A stretch of DNA of 42,263 nucleotides from a virus. Lineage: Duplodnaviria; Caudoviricetes. Shown here in pieces: positions 8,175-18,357 of this stretch. Every line of letters begins with the position of its first letter. The stretch's first letter is position 1. The stretch is taken from the IMG/VR virus record IMGVR_UViG_3300048861_000248, positions 1-42,263 of that record. One strand, 5' to 3'. The translations under genes and the position numbers were made by a program. Below the pieces are notes generated by a model. That model was given only the letters and a program-made list of their open reading frames with translations. It was not told the DNA's origin and did no database searches.

Positions 8175-9206
8175 TCACCAAGACGACTTATGGCCGGGAG
8201 TCCATCGGAGCACCAAGCCTGTGTTCGTACCCGACGTACCAACCTCGACGTTCACCGTGTTCACGCCCGGCATCAACGGAGCAACCGTCGCACCCAGGCT
8301 GATCTTCGACCACGCCACAGCGCCATTCAGACGAGCCGAACGTGCGCGAGGATCCGACACCAGCAGGAACGTTTGACCGTCCACAACACCAGTCGGGATC
8401 GAAACGTTCGTTCCCGGATACGTCACCGTCGCCTCAGAGACAGGACCGTCCAACTCGACCTCAGGCCACACAGGAACATCCCCATCAACGAGGACCTTCA
8501 TTTGGTTGCCAATCACCGTTGAAGCGCTGATCTGCCGTGGCCACGGATTCGTGTTGTCGCCATCACCGAGGAACACCGGCCCCTGTGTCGCCGTGAACCG
8601 CAGCTCCACCGGATTACGGTCACGCCAATACGGGTCAACCGCCACCAACGTGAGGCCGATCTTCTCCCACTGCGGGCCAGAGTTGCCGGCACCTAGACTG
8701 CCCGTCCAACCATCCTTATAGGTGACGTCGAGCACCCGCTGCCCATACACGGACTGCGCAACCAAACGGAACGTTCCCGTCTGGCCCGTCGTGATCGTGT
8801 CCCAACCAGCGATCAGCCCACGAAGAACAGCTAGGTTCGCGAGGAAATCAGCATGCGACGACTCAGAAGCGAACTCGAGCGGAAGGAAAACCTCCCGCTC
8901 GAGCACGTTGATTTCCTGCAACCACGAACCAGGCATACCCGGTGTCGTCGCTGTCACCACATCCAACGGAGGCAGCTCAAGACCGGTAGCGCCACCCAAC
9001 AACAGTTGCTCCACCGTATTGAGCTGCACCACCACGGAACCGTCCAACGACTCCAACCACAGTTGGCGGGAATCGACCGGTGCGATGCACGGCGGCTCGA
9101 CAGGGGGAACGTACGGCAAATCGTTGCCGTCGATCACGTTCCCCGTGTCGATATTCGCGTCGATGAAACCTGTCGCAGTGCCGTTGCCGTCGATCACATC
9201 GGTCAT
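8175..9206 (-). CDS. Distal tail protein (Dit)
   Basis: Follows the tape measure gene; AVDPYW, GDVPVWP and LMPGVN motifs. Confidence 0.8.
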   Translation of the reverse strand: MTDVIDGNGTATGFIDANIDTGNVIDGNDLPYVPPVEPPCIAPVDSRQLWLESLDGSVVVQLNTVEQLLLGGATGLELPPLDVVTATTPGMPGSWLQEINVLEREVFLPLEFASESSHADFLANLAVLRGLIAGWDTITTGQTGTFRLVAQSVYGQRVLDVTYKDGWTGSLGAGNSGPQWEKIGLTLVAVDPYWRDRNPVELRFTATQGPVFLGDGDNTNPWPRQISASTVIGNQMKVLVDGDVPVWPEVELDGPVSEATVTYPGTNVSIPTGVVDGQTFLLVSDPRARSARLNGAVAWSKISLGATVAPLMPGVNTVNVEVGTSGTNTGLVLRWTPGHKSSW

Positions 9207-9230
9207 CGCCTACTGCCCTTCGTAGATGGA

Positions 9231-12200
9231 TCAGCGGCCACCGGCCAGAACTTCTCTCCTGTGCACCCATGATTCGAACTCACGGACAGCGCCCCGGTCA
9301 GGGTTGTTGAACACAGGCGCGTAAGTCGCACCGGACTGACCGTTACCGGCCTGGCGGACAACATCAACAAGACGCGACTCCGGGAGTGCGTACTCCGGCT
9401 TCTTCGTCTTATTCGCAACCAACGACACGCCCTGCGGAAGAATCCCGCCCTGGTCATACAAGGACGGGATAACGCCGCCGTACGCGTAACCATGTCCTTC
9501 ACCGAGTCCGTTGAGGTTCGGGCCGTACGTGTGTTTCGCGTAGTTCAACGCCGCCAACAGGTTGTCGTAGCCGTTGAAAATGTTGCCGTGGCCAGGGAAC
9601 TCATACGCTTCGAACGTTGTCGAAATGGTCTGCATCAGACCCTTCGCCAAGTCACCCGAAAGCGTGTTCACGTCCGTGTAGCCGTGCTGAACCGCTGCAG
9701 GGTTACCGCCTGATTCGGTTTGAATCTGACGGAGCACCTTCTGCACCAACGTGGTCGACGTCGACAGCCCATTCGCCGCCAGTGCCTTGATGACATCCGG
9801 CTTCCACCGCGTCACATTTGAACCAGTCGGATTCGCTACAGAACCACCAGCATTGCCTGAGGTAGCCGACGTGCCCGTGGCGGCGTACATGTTCCCGAGC
9901 GCTGATGCCGCAGACGACACCAGTTTCGTGACAACACCCTTTGCCAGGTCCACGACAACACCAGCGCCAGGAATCGACGCCTCCGCAGAGCTGACGAGCT
10001 TCGACAACGATCCGAGCGGGTTCGACACGAACGACGTGATGTCACCGAGGATGCCGCCTGTTGCGAATCCGCCGCCGGCGAGGTTCCGGACAGCACCAAC
10101 ACCACCAGAGTTACCAGCAGCGTTCAGTGTGTGCACGAACGACGGACCAAGCGCTCGAACAACCTCAGGGACAAGGACGCCCTCACCCTTGCGCATCGGA
10201 ACCATGAGCTCGTCGCGCTTTGCCGACTGATAGCCGGGAAGCACGCCGCCACCCGCGAAACCCTTCGGCAGGTTGATCCGAGGAATCAGGGACGCGCCCT
10301 TCCCCTCGACCTTTTTCGCGATCGAGTTGAACGGATCGATCAGGCCACCGTCGAGGACCGTGTTCACGATGAACTTGATCGGGGCCTTCACGATGTTCTT
10401 CAGGCCATCCCACGCTTTGCCGACAGCCGACACCGCAGAACCGAACGCGTCAGGGATGTCTTTGGTCACCCACGTCTTCAATCTGCTGAAGACCGGCTTG
10501 ATGCCCTTGTTCCATGTCGTGCTGACTGAACTGCCAATCGAATCCCAGGCGGGCCTGATCGCGTTGTTGTACAGCCAGCTGAAAGCGCCGCCGATGCTAT
10601 GAGCTGCAGAGACAATCGCGTTGAACACCGGGACGAGGATCGCCGAGTGCGTGAACGAGATCGCTGCACCAATAGCTGCCCAAACAGGCTTCACAACCGA
10701 GTTGTAGAGCCAACTGAACGCCACAGCGAGAACGTTCGCGAGGAACGATACGATCGAATGCAGGATCCCGGAAATCCACGTGTATGCCACCGTGGTTGCT
10801 GTGACGATACCGTTCCAGGCAGCCGTGACTGCCCCGGTTACCGCCGCCCAGGTGGTCATCGTCACCGACAGGATCGCATTCCACGCAGGCTTAAGAGCGT
10901 TCGCGTAGAGCCAAGTGAACCATCCCCCGACCTCTGTAATGACGGACGTGATGACGTTCCCGATTGGCAAGATCACTGAGGTGTACAACCATGTCCACGC
11001 TGCACCGACAGCGGCGACAACAGGCTTGACGACTTGTGCATACAGCCACAGGAATGCGGCACCAATAACGTCAATCACAATCGTGTCGATGAGTCGTCCG
11101 ACTGCGTAGAACGCTTGGGCGAACCATTCCACGACAACCGCCGCGCCCTTGAATATCGGGAGCAGCACGGTGTTGTACAGCCACACGAACGGCGCGGCTG
11201 CAGTCTTCGCAGCCGACGCAACGATTCCGCCCAACCACGAGAACCAATCACCGACCGAGACGACTGCCTGACCGACAGCCGCAAATCCGACGGTGATCCC
11301 AGTCCACACTGCTGTGAGGATTTTGCCGGCGAACTGCACCCCCGTCGTAATCCCAGTCAAAACGGTGTCGTACAGCTTCCCGGCATCTCTTGCTGTACCG
11401 GTGATCCCATCCCAGGCGGGAACAATGACCGACTTCCACAGCCAGACGAACCAGTTCCCGGTGTCAACAACAGCCGCTGACAGCCATGCAAAGGTCGGCT
11501 TGAGAACTGAGTTCCACGCGAACGCAGCTGCGACCTGGATGCCCTTCCAAGCGGCCTGCACGCCATCGCGGAACCAAGTCCAATGGTTGTAGGCATAAAT
11601 CACCCCGACAACGAGTGCGGCGAGAGCTGCAACCACGAGCGTGATCGCAACCACCACAGCGCCGATCGGGTTGGCGTCCATCGCCGCGTTGAGTGACCAT
11701 TGGTTGATGGTCGCCACGCGTTGCGCGACCGCCATGCCCTTCGTTGCCGCGATGTAGAGGAAGATTCCACCCCGGATAATCCCAACAACCGCCGCGTATG
11801 CCCTCGTCGCCAACGTGATCGACTTGAACGCGACAAAAGCAGCACCAATGCCAAGAACGAGCGGACCCAACCATGACTTGTTCGCGGTAGCGAAGTTCGA
11901 CGCGGCGCTCACGCCTGTTGCGAATCCCTTGGCCACCATCGCGAACTTCGGCAGCAGATTGCCTGCAAGTTCCACCCCGACGTTGCCGATGGTCTTCTTC
12001 GCCACTGCAAGCCGGTTCGCCGTCGTCTGGCTTGTCAGGTTCCACTTCTTCTGGAAGTCAGCAGTCGAATTCATCGCTTTGCCGACATCCGTAGTGCGGT
12101 CTGCCATGCCCTTCGTCGCAGAACCAGTCAGCATCATCGACGTGTTCAAGCCGACGATGCCGCCCGTCATCTTCTTCATCGCCTCGACGTATCCCTGAGA

Positions 12201-13691
12201 AGCAGGGATCGCGGCGTAAATTTCCTTCTTCTGCGCGGCAGTCAGATCCTTGGCACTGTTGACCTTGTTCTCGAACGCGGTCATCGTCATGGTGCCGTTG
12301 GAGAGCTCGGAGAAATACTCCTGATACAGCGCAGGCATCCCCGAAATGATCTTCAGCGCGCCCTGAGTAGCAGGACCGAGCTCGCTCTTCACCGTGTTCG
12401 ACAGGTACTCGATGGTGCCGCCCAAGCCGCGCTTCGCAAGCTTGTTCTGCACGTCCTGCGCCGAAATACCGAACGCATCCATCTCCGTCGCCATCACCTT
12501 CGTAGGCGATGCAAGCGACGAAATCGTGTGGTTCAAGTCCTGTGCTGCCTGCTGCGCAGACATGCCAGTGGCCGTCATCGTGCCGAGCGCACCAGTGATC
12601 TGGTTGAACGGAAGACCCAACTTCGATGCGACAGGCAAGACGGCAGAGAGCGATCCCGCGAAGTCCTGCAGTGTCGACTTTGAATGTCCCGCTGCGACCA
12701 TCAGCGCGTTCATCGCCTTATTTGGGTTCTTCAACGACCCGGAATACGACTGCATGATCGACGTGAGCGCGTTCGTGACAGTCCCAAGGTCCGCACCCTC
12801 ATCAGATGCGCCCTTCGAGGCTGCCATCATCACTTTCAGGCCAGCAGCGCCCCGAATACCCGCCTTCTCGACGGTGTACATGCCTTCGGTTTCCTGATCC
12901 AAGGAAGCACCCGTTGTAGACGAGATCTTCATCAGACCGGACTTGATCATCACGAGGTTCTTCTGCGACTCGCCGGCAGCAGTGACAAGAACATTCGATG
13001 ACTTCTGGAACTCGATCGCCGACTCCACCGACGCTTTCGCGAACTCAGCAGCAGCGAAAATGCCAAGCATCGGAGCGAGCGAACCGAGCGAACCGATCAG
13101 TCCGTTCGCGCCTTCCTTCAGCTTGCTGAGGCCCGCTTCACCCTTCGCGGCAGCGCCGTTCATCTTCGTGATCAGGCTCGGGGTTTTCGCCTGCTCAACG
13201 TTCAGAGCCGTCTGCGCTTCAGTGAGCTGAGCGGTAACAACCTTCTGCTCAGTCGTTGCCGCGCGAAGTTGATCCTCAGCAGCCGTCACCTTCACGGTCG
13301 ACGTCTCATGCTTGCCCTGGGCAACCGTGAGTTGCTGCTCCGCCTTCAATGCCTGCGAAGACTCAGCACCGAACTTCGCCCGCTGCTCAGCAAGACGCGC
13401 CTCAGCAGCAGCGACACCCTCAGCCGCCGCCTTCTCAGCAGTCCGAGCAGCACCAATCGCAGCCCGTTCCTGCTGAACGATCCGCTGCGCCTTCTTCGAC
13501 GCAACAGTCAGCTGATCAACAAGCGCGTCCGCCCCAGCACCACCACCAGAACCCGCAGCGAGGCCAGACGAGAAATCACGACCAGCCTTCAAACCTGCCG
13601 ACTTCGCAGCCGCACCAGCCTGCGTGGACATAGCGGACGAAAAGTTCTTCAGAGAGGGCAGAACATCGAGCCATACGACAGAACCGACCAC
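9231..13691 (-). CDS. Tape measure protein with C-terminal lytic transglycosylase (SLT)
   Basis: 1486 aa Ala-rich with Trp-periodic repeats; QTESGGNP...GLMQ SLT motif. Confidence 0.95.
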   Translation of the reverse strand: MVGSVVWLDVLPSLKNFSSAMSTQAGAAAKSAGLKAGRDFSSGLAAGSGGGAGADALVDQLTVASKKAQRIVQQERAAIGAARTAEKAAAEGVAAAEARLAEQRAKFGAESSQALKAEQQLTVAQGKHETSTVKVTAAEDQLRAATTEQKVVTAQLTEAQTALNVEQAKTPSLITKMNGAAAKGEAGLSKLKEGANGLIGSLGSLAPMLGIFAAAEFAKASVESAIEFQKSSNVLVTAAGESQKNLVMIKSGLMKISSTTGASLDQETEGMYTVEKAGIRGAAGLKVMMAASKGASDEGADLGTVTNALTSIMQSYSGSLKNPNKAMNALMVAAGHSKSTLQDFAGSLSAVLPVASKLGLPFNQITGALGTMTATGMSAQQAAQDLNHTISSLASPTKVMATEMDAFGISAQDVQNKLAKRGLGGTIEYLSNTVKSELGPATQGALKIISGMPALYQEYFSELSNGTMTMTAFENKVNSAKDLTAAQKKEIYAAIPASQGYVEAMKKMTGGIVGLNTSMMLTGSATKGMADRTTDVGKAMNSTADFQKKWNLTSQTTANRLAVAKKTIGNVGVELAGNLLPKFAMVAKGFATGVSAASNFATANKSWLGPLVLGIGAAFVAFKSITLATRAYAAVVGIIRGGIFLYIAATKGMAVAQRVATINQWSLNAAMDANPIGAVVVAITLVVAALAALVVGVIYAYNHWTWFRDGVQAAWKGIQVAAAFAWNSVLKPTFAWLSAAVVDTGNWFVWLWKSVIVPAWDGITGTARDAGKLYDTVLTGITTGVQFAGKILTAVWTGITVGFAAVGQAVVSVGDWFSWLGGIVASAAKTAAAPFVWLYNTVLLPIFKGAAVVVEWFAQAFYAVGRLIDTIVIDVIGAAFLWLYAQVVKPVVAAVGAAWTWLYTSVILPIGNVITSVITEVGGWFTWLYANALKPAWNAILSVTMTTWAAVTGAVTAAWNGIVTATTVAYTWISGILHSIVSFLANVLAVAFSWLYNSVVKPVWAAIGAAISFTHSAILVPVFNAIVSAAHSIGGAFSWLYNNAIRPAWDSIGSSVSTTWNKGIKPVFSRLKTWVTKDIPDAFGSAVSAVGKAWDGLKNIVKAPIKFIVNTVLDGGLIDPFNSIAKKVEGKGASLIPRINLPKGFAGGGVLPGYQSAKRDELMVPMRKGEGVLVPEVVRALGPSFVHTLNAAGNSGGVGAVRNLAGGGFATGGILGDITSFVSNPLGSLSKLVSSAEASIPGAGVVVDLAKGVVTKLVSSAASALGNMYAATGTSATSGNAGGSVANPTGSNVTRWKPDVIKALAANGLSTSTTLVQKVLRQIQTESGGNPAAVQHGYTDVNTLSGDLAKGLMQTISTTFEAYEFPGHGNIFNGYDNLLAALNYAKHTYGPNLNGLGEGHGYAYGGVIPSLYDQGGILPQGVSLVANKTKKPEYALPESRLVDVVRQAGNGQSGATYAPVFNNPDRGAVREFESWVHRREVLAGGR

Positions 13692-13700
13692 GGATGCCTC

Positions 13701-14123
13701 CTACGTGTTGGCGAACATGCGATCCGCTACGGCATCCAGTTCGGTGCGCTGCTGCGCCAAGTACTTCTCTTCTGCCTCATCCGCAACCGACTTCTCATCA
13801 AGCGGCGTCGGTAAAAAGTCGACGTTCGCGATCACATGAGACTTGTCGGACAGTGCGTTATGCACAGACGCGTTCAAAACGCGAAGCTGCGACGAGACGT
13901 CGTGAAGAATCCACTCGTTCTCGCCCCAATGATTCCCACGCACAGCGCGGGCGTAATGCGAATCAGGTGGCAAACCTTCGATGAGTACCCGGAGTTGGCG
14001 GAGAGTTATCTCGAACCGCCAAAACTCCTGAATCGGGTTACGAGGCGCATACGTCGCGCACAGTGACGCTTCGATTTCCTCCGGGTACTCACCAAGAAGG
14101 CTTACCGCCGTGTAGGGCGTCCG
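13701..14123 (-). CDS. Tail assembly chaperone T-part, probably expressed by -1 frameshift
   Basis: Open -1 frame from 14123 (YTAVSLLGEYPEEIEASL...LRVLIEGLPPDS) with no ATG/GTG/TTG until 13973. Confidence 0.75.
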   Translation of the reverse strand, partial: RTPYTAVSLLGEYPEEIEASLCATYAPRNPIQEFWRFEITLRQLRVLIEGLPPDSHYARAVRGNHWGENEWILHDVSSQLRVLNASVHNALSDKSHVIANVDFLPTPLDEKSVADEAEEKYLAQQRTELDAVADRMFANT

Positions 14124-14446
14124 TCAGGCGTCGTGTCCTGCATCTGCCGCTGAACGACCGCCATCACCTGCATCACATCTGATGCGGAACCACCATGCTC
14201 GAGGAAGTCACTCCACTGGTCACCGAGCAACGTCTCAGCGATGCCCTTCGTGTCCTCGTCGTCGAGTTCCTTCAACTCGTCCTGCAGCTCATCCGTGTAG
14301 AACATCGGATGCGGCCACGTGAACTCCGTGCCGTCTTCCGTTTCGAACGTGATCTCCTGCGGCACATCCCAGATCTCTTCGATCTGCTTTCGGACAGTGA
14401 CACGAGAGAAATGCAGAGTGCGCTTCTGGTCGGCGGTCTTCGCCAT
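14102..14446 (-). CDS. Tail assembly chaperone (G)
   Basis: Acidic 114 aa between major tail and tape measure genes; AGGAG RBS. Confidence 0.85.
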   Translation of the reverse strand: MAKTADQKRTLHFSRVTVRKQIEEIWDVPQEITFETEDGTEFTWPHPMFYTDELQDELKELDDEDTKGIAETLLGDQWSDFLEHGGSASDVMQVMAVVQRQMQDTTPDGRPTRR

Positions 14447-14464
14447 AATGATGTCTCCTGGGTA

Positions 14465-14532
14465 GTGAGCTTCGGTGAGCTGATGTGAAACAGGTGACGG
14501 CGACGCAGCTCACCAAACGCCGCCGCCACCTG
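14465..14532 (-). other. 15-bp hairpin with loop complementary to a downstream segment (terminator, pseudoknot or switch)
   Basis: Stem 14491-14505/14518-14532; loop 14506-14517 complementary to 14471-14482. Confidence 0.6.
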
Positions 14533-14536
14533 GCTG

Positions 14537-15181
14537 TTAGGAGCCGGAGCCGCCCTGAGCGGCCGCGACAACACCCGTAGAAGGGGTCGAAGCTTCCGTG
14601 TACGACTTCCCGACCACCGGGTCGCGGAAGCACGTGAACGTCGGGTTCGTCGTCTCGTCGTCGCCACGGCTCAGCGTGCGGTCATCCAAAGCAGTGACCT
14701 GCGCCCGGTACGCGAACTCAACCCGGTACACAGCGGAATCGCCGAGGCCGTCCTGGCTGAGCAGGAGGATGCGGTAATACGGCCACTCCGACCCGTCGCC
14801 GTCGTCGTACGACCACTCGGCGTTCTTGTCCGATGCCCACGCGGACACAGGCTGCTTATGCGCAAGACCTTTCGTCCACGCGTTCGACTCACCGAAACCG
14901 ACCTGCAGGGTGCGAGTGAACCCGGTAGACGTAGACCGAACCGGCTCCGTGTCCTGCAGCATCGTCGACAGGTCCGTGGCGATGTCGGTCGGGATCTTCA
15001 CACCATCCGTGGTGATGTAGCCCATGTTCTTGTAGCCGGTCGGCAGCGCATTCGGCAGGCCGTCGCTTCCAAAGAACGTGGTAGGGATCGCCGCTGAATA
15101 GTCAGCGATCGCGAGCAGGGTATTTCCGTGGCGACGAACATTCCTGTTGTCGTCCGAGAGCTGACTGATGACGTCAGGCAT
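14537..15181 (-). CDS. Major tail protein
   Basis: GYKNMGYITTDG motif, EPVRS; GGAGG RBS; synteny. Confidence 0.88.
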   Translation of the reverse strand: MPDVISQLSDDNRNVRRHGNTLLAIADYSAAIPTTFFGSDGLPNALPTGYKNMGYITTDGVKIPTDIATDLSTMLQDTEPVRSTSTGFTRTLQVGFGESNAWTKGLAHKQPVSAWASDKNAEWSYDDGDGSEWPYYRILLLSQDGLGDSAVYRVEFAYRAQVTALDDRTLSRGDDETTNPTFTCFRDPVVGKSYTEASTPSTGVVAAAQGGSGS

Positions 15182-15203
15182 GGTTTCCTCCATTTTGGGG
15201 ATG

Positions 15204-15231
15204 AAAAAAGCCGCCCGACGTCCGGACGGCT
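15204..15231 (-). terminator. Intrinsic terminator upstream of the major tail gene
   Basis: AGCCGTCCG-gacgt-CGGGCGGCT-TTTTT on the minus strand. Confidence 0.7.
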
Positions 15232-15250
15232 AGAAAATGGTGAGTTAGGT

Positions 15251-15637
15251 CTACTGGGGTCTTGCGGTCAGCGAATACGTTCCAACTGCGCGGCGGACAT
15301 TCAAATCTGAGTAATCGACGTTGCCGAAACTGTTCAACTCGGCAACCTCATCAATGAAGCCACCCGAACCGTTGCTGTTCAACTGCAACATTGCTGGCTC
15401 AACCGTCTGCACTGCCGCCCACACAAGCGCACGATTCGCAGCCCACACAGTCACATCCACCGTAAACGTCTTCTCGAACTCACGATTCGCGCCGCCAGGG
15501 AAACGATCAACCTGCAAACATGGCACAACCGAATCAAGATTCGACGGGGTTTCCGTATACACGACAAGCCCAGTCTTCAACTTCAACCAAGCAACAAGCA
15601 ACTTCTCAACATTCGGCCACTGACCATGAACATTCAT
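15251..15637 (-). CDS. Tail terminator protein
   Basis: WPNVEKLLVAWL...QVDRFPGG pattern; synteny. Confidence 0.8.
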   Translation of the reverse strand: MNVHGQWPNVEKLLVAWLKLKTGLVVYTETPSNLDSVVPCLQVDRFPGGANREFEKTFTVDVTVWAANRALVWAAVQTVEPAMLQLNSNGSGGFIDEVAELNSFGNVDYSDLNVRRAVGTYSLTARPQ

Positions 15638-15948
15638 GCGCTCATCGCCCGCCGCAAAATCGCCTGCTTCGAAACGCCAACATCGCCGTACTCGACAGCC
15701 TCAGCATCCTCAGAACCCGCAATCACACGAGCAAACGGACGCTTCACGCCCTCAGGCGACTTAGAACCAGGCCGAACACCCGACTCCACACGCAACGAAT
15801 CGCCGAAATCCTTCAAACCAGCCGCATACGCCAACCGCTGCGCACGAGGAAGAATCCGATCAGCACGATCCTTCAACGCCTTAGCAACCTCAGGAGAACG
15901 AGCAGCCTCATCCAACGTCACCCGCGAAACAACAACAGGACGCAGCAT
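15634..15948 (-). CDS. HK97 gp10-like tail completion protein
   Basis: AVEYG...ILRRA C-terminal motif. Confidence 0.75.
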   Translation of the reverse strand: MLRPVVVSRVTLDEAARSPEVAKALKDRADRILPRAQRLAYAAGLKDFGDSLRVESGVRPGSKSPEGVKRPFARVIAGSEDAEAVEYGDVGVSKQAILRRAMSA

Positions 15949-16283
15949 CAGCCATTCCAATTGATCAGAAAGAACTCTGCATGCGGCAAGACGCCAACAT
16001 GCTCCGGAGTTGGGTCGCCCCACGGCTTATACGGGTTACCGCGCCAAATGATCTTCGACGCAGCAGTCAAACCAGGAATCGGCGGACCAGACACCTTGTA
16101 CCGTTCGGTAACTAGAAGCTGATTGTCCATACCCTCGGTCGCGCGAGTCGAAATCACCGGCTGCACGTTGTACCCGTCGTACGTTGACTCGGTGGTCGTC
16201 GTAGTCGGCAAACCGTCATCATCAGGCGGACCCTGCGTCACGATCTGGACCGTCAACGACTGCTGATGCAGAAGGTCGCTCAC
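15948..16283 (-). CDS. Head-tail stopper/closure protein
   Basis: DDDG, NVQP and IIWRG motifs; synteny. Confidence 0.75.
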   Translation of the reverse strand: MSDLLHQQSLTVQIVTQGPPDDDGLPTTTTTESTYDGYNVQPVISTRATEGMDNQLLVTERYKVSGPPIPGLTAASKIIWRGNPYKPWGDPTPEHVGVLPHAEFFLINWNG

Positions 16284-16774
16284 CAGTACCGCCTGTCGTA
16301 GAAGCGTGGATCGCCTGGCTCATGGACCAGCCAGTCGGCAAGCCCGAGCTGCGACGGCTGAGCGCCACCAGACGGGACAGGGACCGTTGAGGTTGCAGTG
16401 GAAGCCGCATCCTCGAACACGTCAACCATCCACGGCAGGAACGCGAGGAACATGCCCGTCGCGGAACCATCAAGCGTGACCATCAGTGTTTCTTGGCCAG
16501 AGACCAGCGTGTACGCCTTCGCGTTCGCTGGAACGTCAGTGCCGTTCGCCATGATCGAGATAACCGACCAGACCACGACATCGCAGACGTCGTGCGGGTC
16601 GATGCCATTGCCCACAGGTGGTGTCGGCATTCCGATGCGCGCGAGCTCTCCCGGCCATGTGCGTTTGATTGCACGCTCCACACTGTCGATCAGCGTGGAA
16701 GCACGCGGAGTCTCCGCATCCGAGAGGGGACGCCATGCATTTGCTACGTCAGTTGGTTCAGCCCACGTGCCCAT
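16280..16774 (-). CDS. Head-to-tail adaptor (Gp19/Gp15-like)
   Basis: WAEPTDVANAWRPLS...RASTLI N-terminus. Confidence 0.8.
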   Translation of the reverse strand: MGTWAEPTDVANAWRPLSDAETPRASTLIDSVERAIKRTWPGELARIGMPTPPVGNGIDPHDVCDVVVWSVISIMANGTDVPANAKAYTLVSGQETLMVTLDGSATGMFLAFLPWMVDVFEDAASTATSTVPVPSGGAQPSQLGLADWLVHEPGDPRFYDRRYW

Positions 16775-16796
16775 GACATCCCCTCTCGATCTTCAG

Positions 16797-17036
16797 TTAC
16801 GCCTGCGGTGCGGCGGCGTCGAACACAACGGGCGGCACGGTCGCCTCAACTACAAGGCCACGACGGACGAGCCGAACAAGCTCTTCCGCTTCAACCTCAG
16901 CCGGGATGACCGCGTTCTTGTACACGTACCGCTCGGTGCGCTTGCCAACGTTGACGACAAGGGCTTCTGCTTTCGCGATGAAGGTCTTGCCCTTGACGTC
17001 CTTCTCGGTGACCGTCTTCGAATCAGCCATGCTCAA
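16797..17036 (-). CDS. Small head-associated protein
   Basis: 79 aa after the capsid gene; RLVRRGLV motif. Confidence 0.65.
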   Translation of the reverse strand: MSMADSKTVTEKDVKGKTFIAKAEALVVNVGKRTERYVYKNAVIPAEVEAEELVRLVRRGLVVEATVPPVVFDAAAPQA

Positions 17037-17983
17037 AGCCCCGTTCCAGTGATCTCAAATGCGGCACGCGGGTCGAGGACGACCGGAACCGTAACGCGGC
17101 GAGCACGCAGACGCCACTGCTCTTCGTCGTCATCGCGGAGCGACTTCGCCTCAATGCCAGGAGCCGTGTTGTTCGGGACGGTGCCGTAACCAGGCGACTG
17201 GATCTGCTCGTCAGCCATGCCGCCGAGCTGGTTCCGGTCAACCACGAACGGGTTGGTGACGGGCACGTAGTTCGACGTGACCCAGTTCTTCCCGAGGTAG
17301 CCCTGAATGACGCCGGACATGACCGCGTTACCGGCCTGCTCGCGCGGGAGCAACGTCGAGGACAGGAACGCCGTTGCAACCTTCGCGAACTGCAGCGGCG
17401 TCAGAACTACGGTGTCGTAGTCGTAGGTGCCGTAGTCGAGGTTCGCGGCCTGTGCCTGAGCCGTAGCGGTCAGCACGGACTCGATGATCGGCGTGGCAGC
17501 GCCCTCACCGGTACCGGTCCAAACAGCGCCCGAGGCGTAGGACTGCGTGGTCTTCGACGCGATAACGCCGAGAGCAACAGAGTCGATCTGACGGATGAGG
17601 CTGTTACCGAGCTTCAGCAGGCCACGGTTCACCGGGTCAAAGTTGAGACGAGTGATCGCTTCATCTGTGACCAGTGCATCCTGGCCCCACTTCACTGAGT
17701 GAGCAGCCGCGAGCACGCCCTGAGTGAAACCGGTCAGCGGGAACTCGGAACCCGGAGCGACAGCCGTAGGCACATCGTTCGGGAAGATTTCCTCGCCGGT
17801 TTCGTACAGGATGGAGCCGCCGATGATCTGGTAATGACCGGGCAGCAGGTAGTCCGCGATGAAGCCCAGGGCGGTGATGTCCTGAAGACGACGACGGATG
17901 AGAACCGGATTCCGAAGGAATTCCGAGATCTCGATAGTGGTCCCGCTGATCTGAACAGCGGGAGCAGGATACGTGTAACCCAC
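17033..17983 (-). CDS. Major capsid protein
   Basis: 316 aa; VAPGSEFP and PVVLDPRA motifs; AAGGAGG RBS. Confidence 0.88.
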   Translation of the reverse strand: MGYTYPAPAVQISGTTIEISEFLRNPVLIRRRLQDITALGFIADYLLPGHYQIIGGSILYETGEEIFPNDVPTAVAPGSEFPLTGFTQGVLAAAHSVKWGQDALVTDEAITRLNFDPVNRGLLKLGNSLIRQIDSVALGVIASKTTQSYASGAVWTGTGEGAATPIIESVLTATAQAQAANLDYGTYDYDTVVLTPLQFAKVATAFLSSTLLPREQAGNAVMSGVIQGYLGKNWVTSNYVPVTNPFVVDRNQLGGMADEQIQSPGYGTVPNNTAPGIEAKSLRDDDEEQWRLRARRVTVPVVLDPRAAFEITGTGL

Positions 17984-17997
17984 GGGAATCCCCTCCT

Positions 17998-18357
17998 TTA
18001 GTGGTCGAGCTTGATTAGGGCGACAGCGCCGTCAGCGGCGGCAGCGATCGCGGTTCCGATGGGTGCGGTCGTGCCGGTGGAGACGAGCCCATTGGCTGCG
18101 CACTGCACACGGTCACCGGCTGCGATTGCGCCAGACGCGGTGGGGCGCTGAACGCCGCCGCTCTCGACGGTCACGGGGGCTCCAGCAGGAGCATCGAACA
18201 GCGCGACGCCCACATACTTCGTCGACGCGGCACCAGCCGGACCGACACTCTTATCGGTCGTGATCTCCACGACCTGACCGCCAGTGACAGGAGCCGAAGC
18301 GGTGTAAGTAACGTCCTTACCAGGACGGTAAAGCGGGGTGTAGTCAGGCATGGTCAC
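17998..18357 (-). CDS. Capsid decoration/cement protein (DUF2190-like)
   Basis: GVALFDA...GAIAAGDRV...G...IG. Confidence 0.8.
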   Translation of the reverse strand: MTMPDYTPLYRPGKDVTYTASAPVTGGQVVEITTDKSVGPAGAASTKYVGVALFDAPAGAPVTVESGGVQRPTASGAIAAGDRVQCAANGLVSTGTTAPIGTAIAAAADGAVALIKLDH

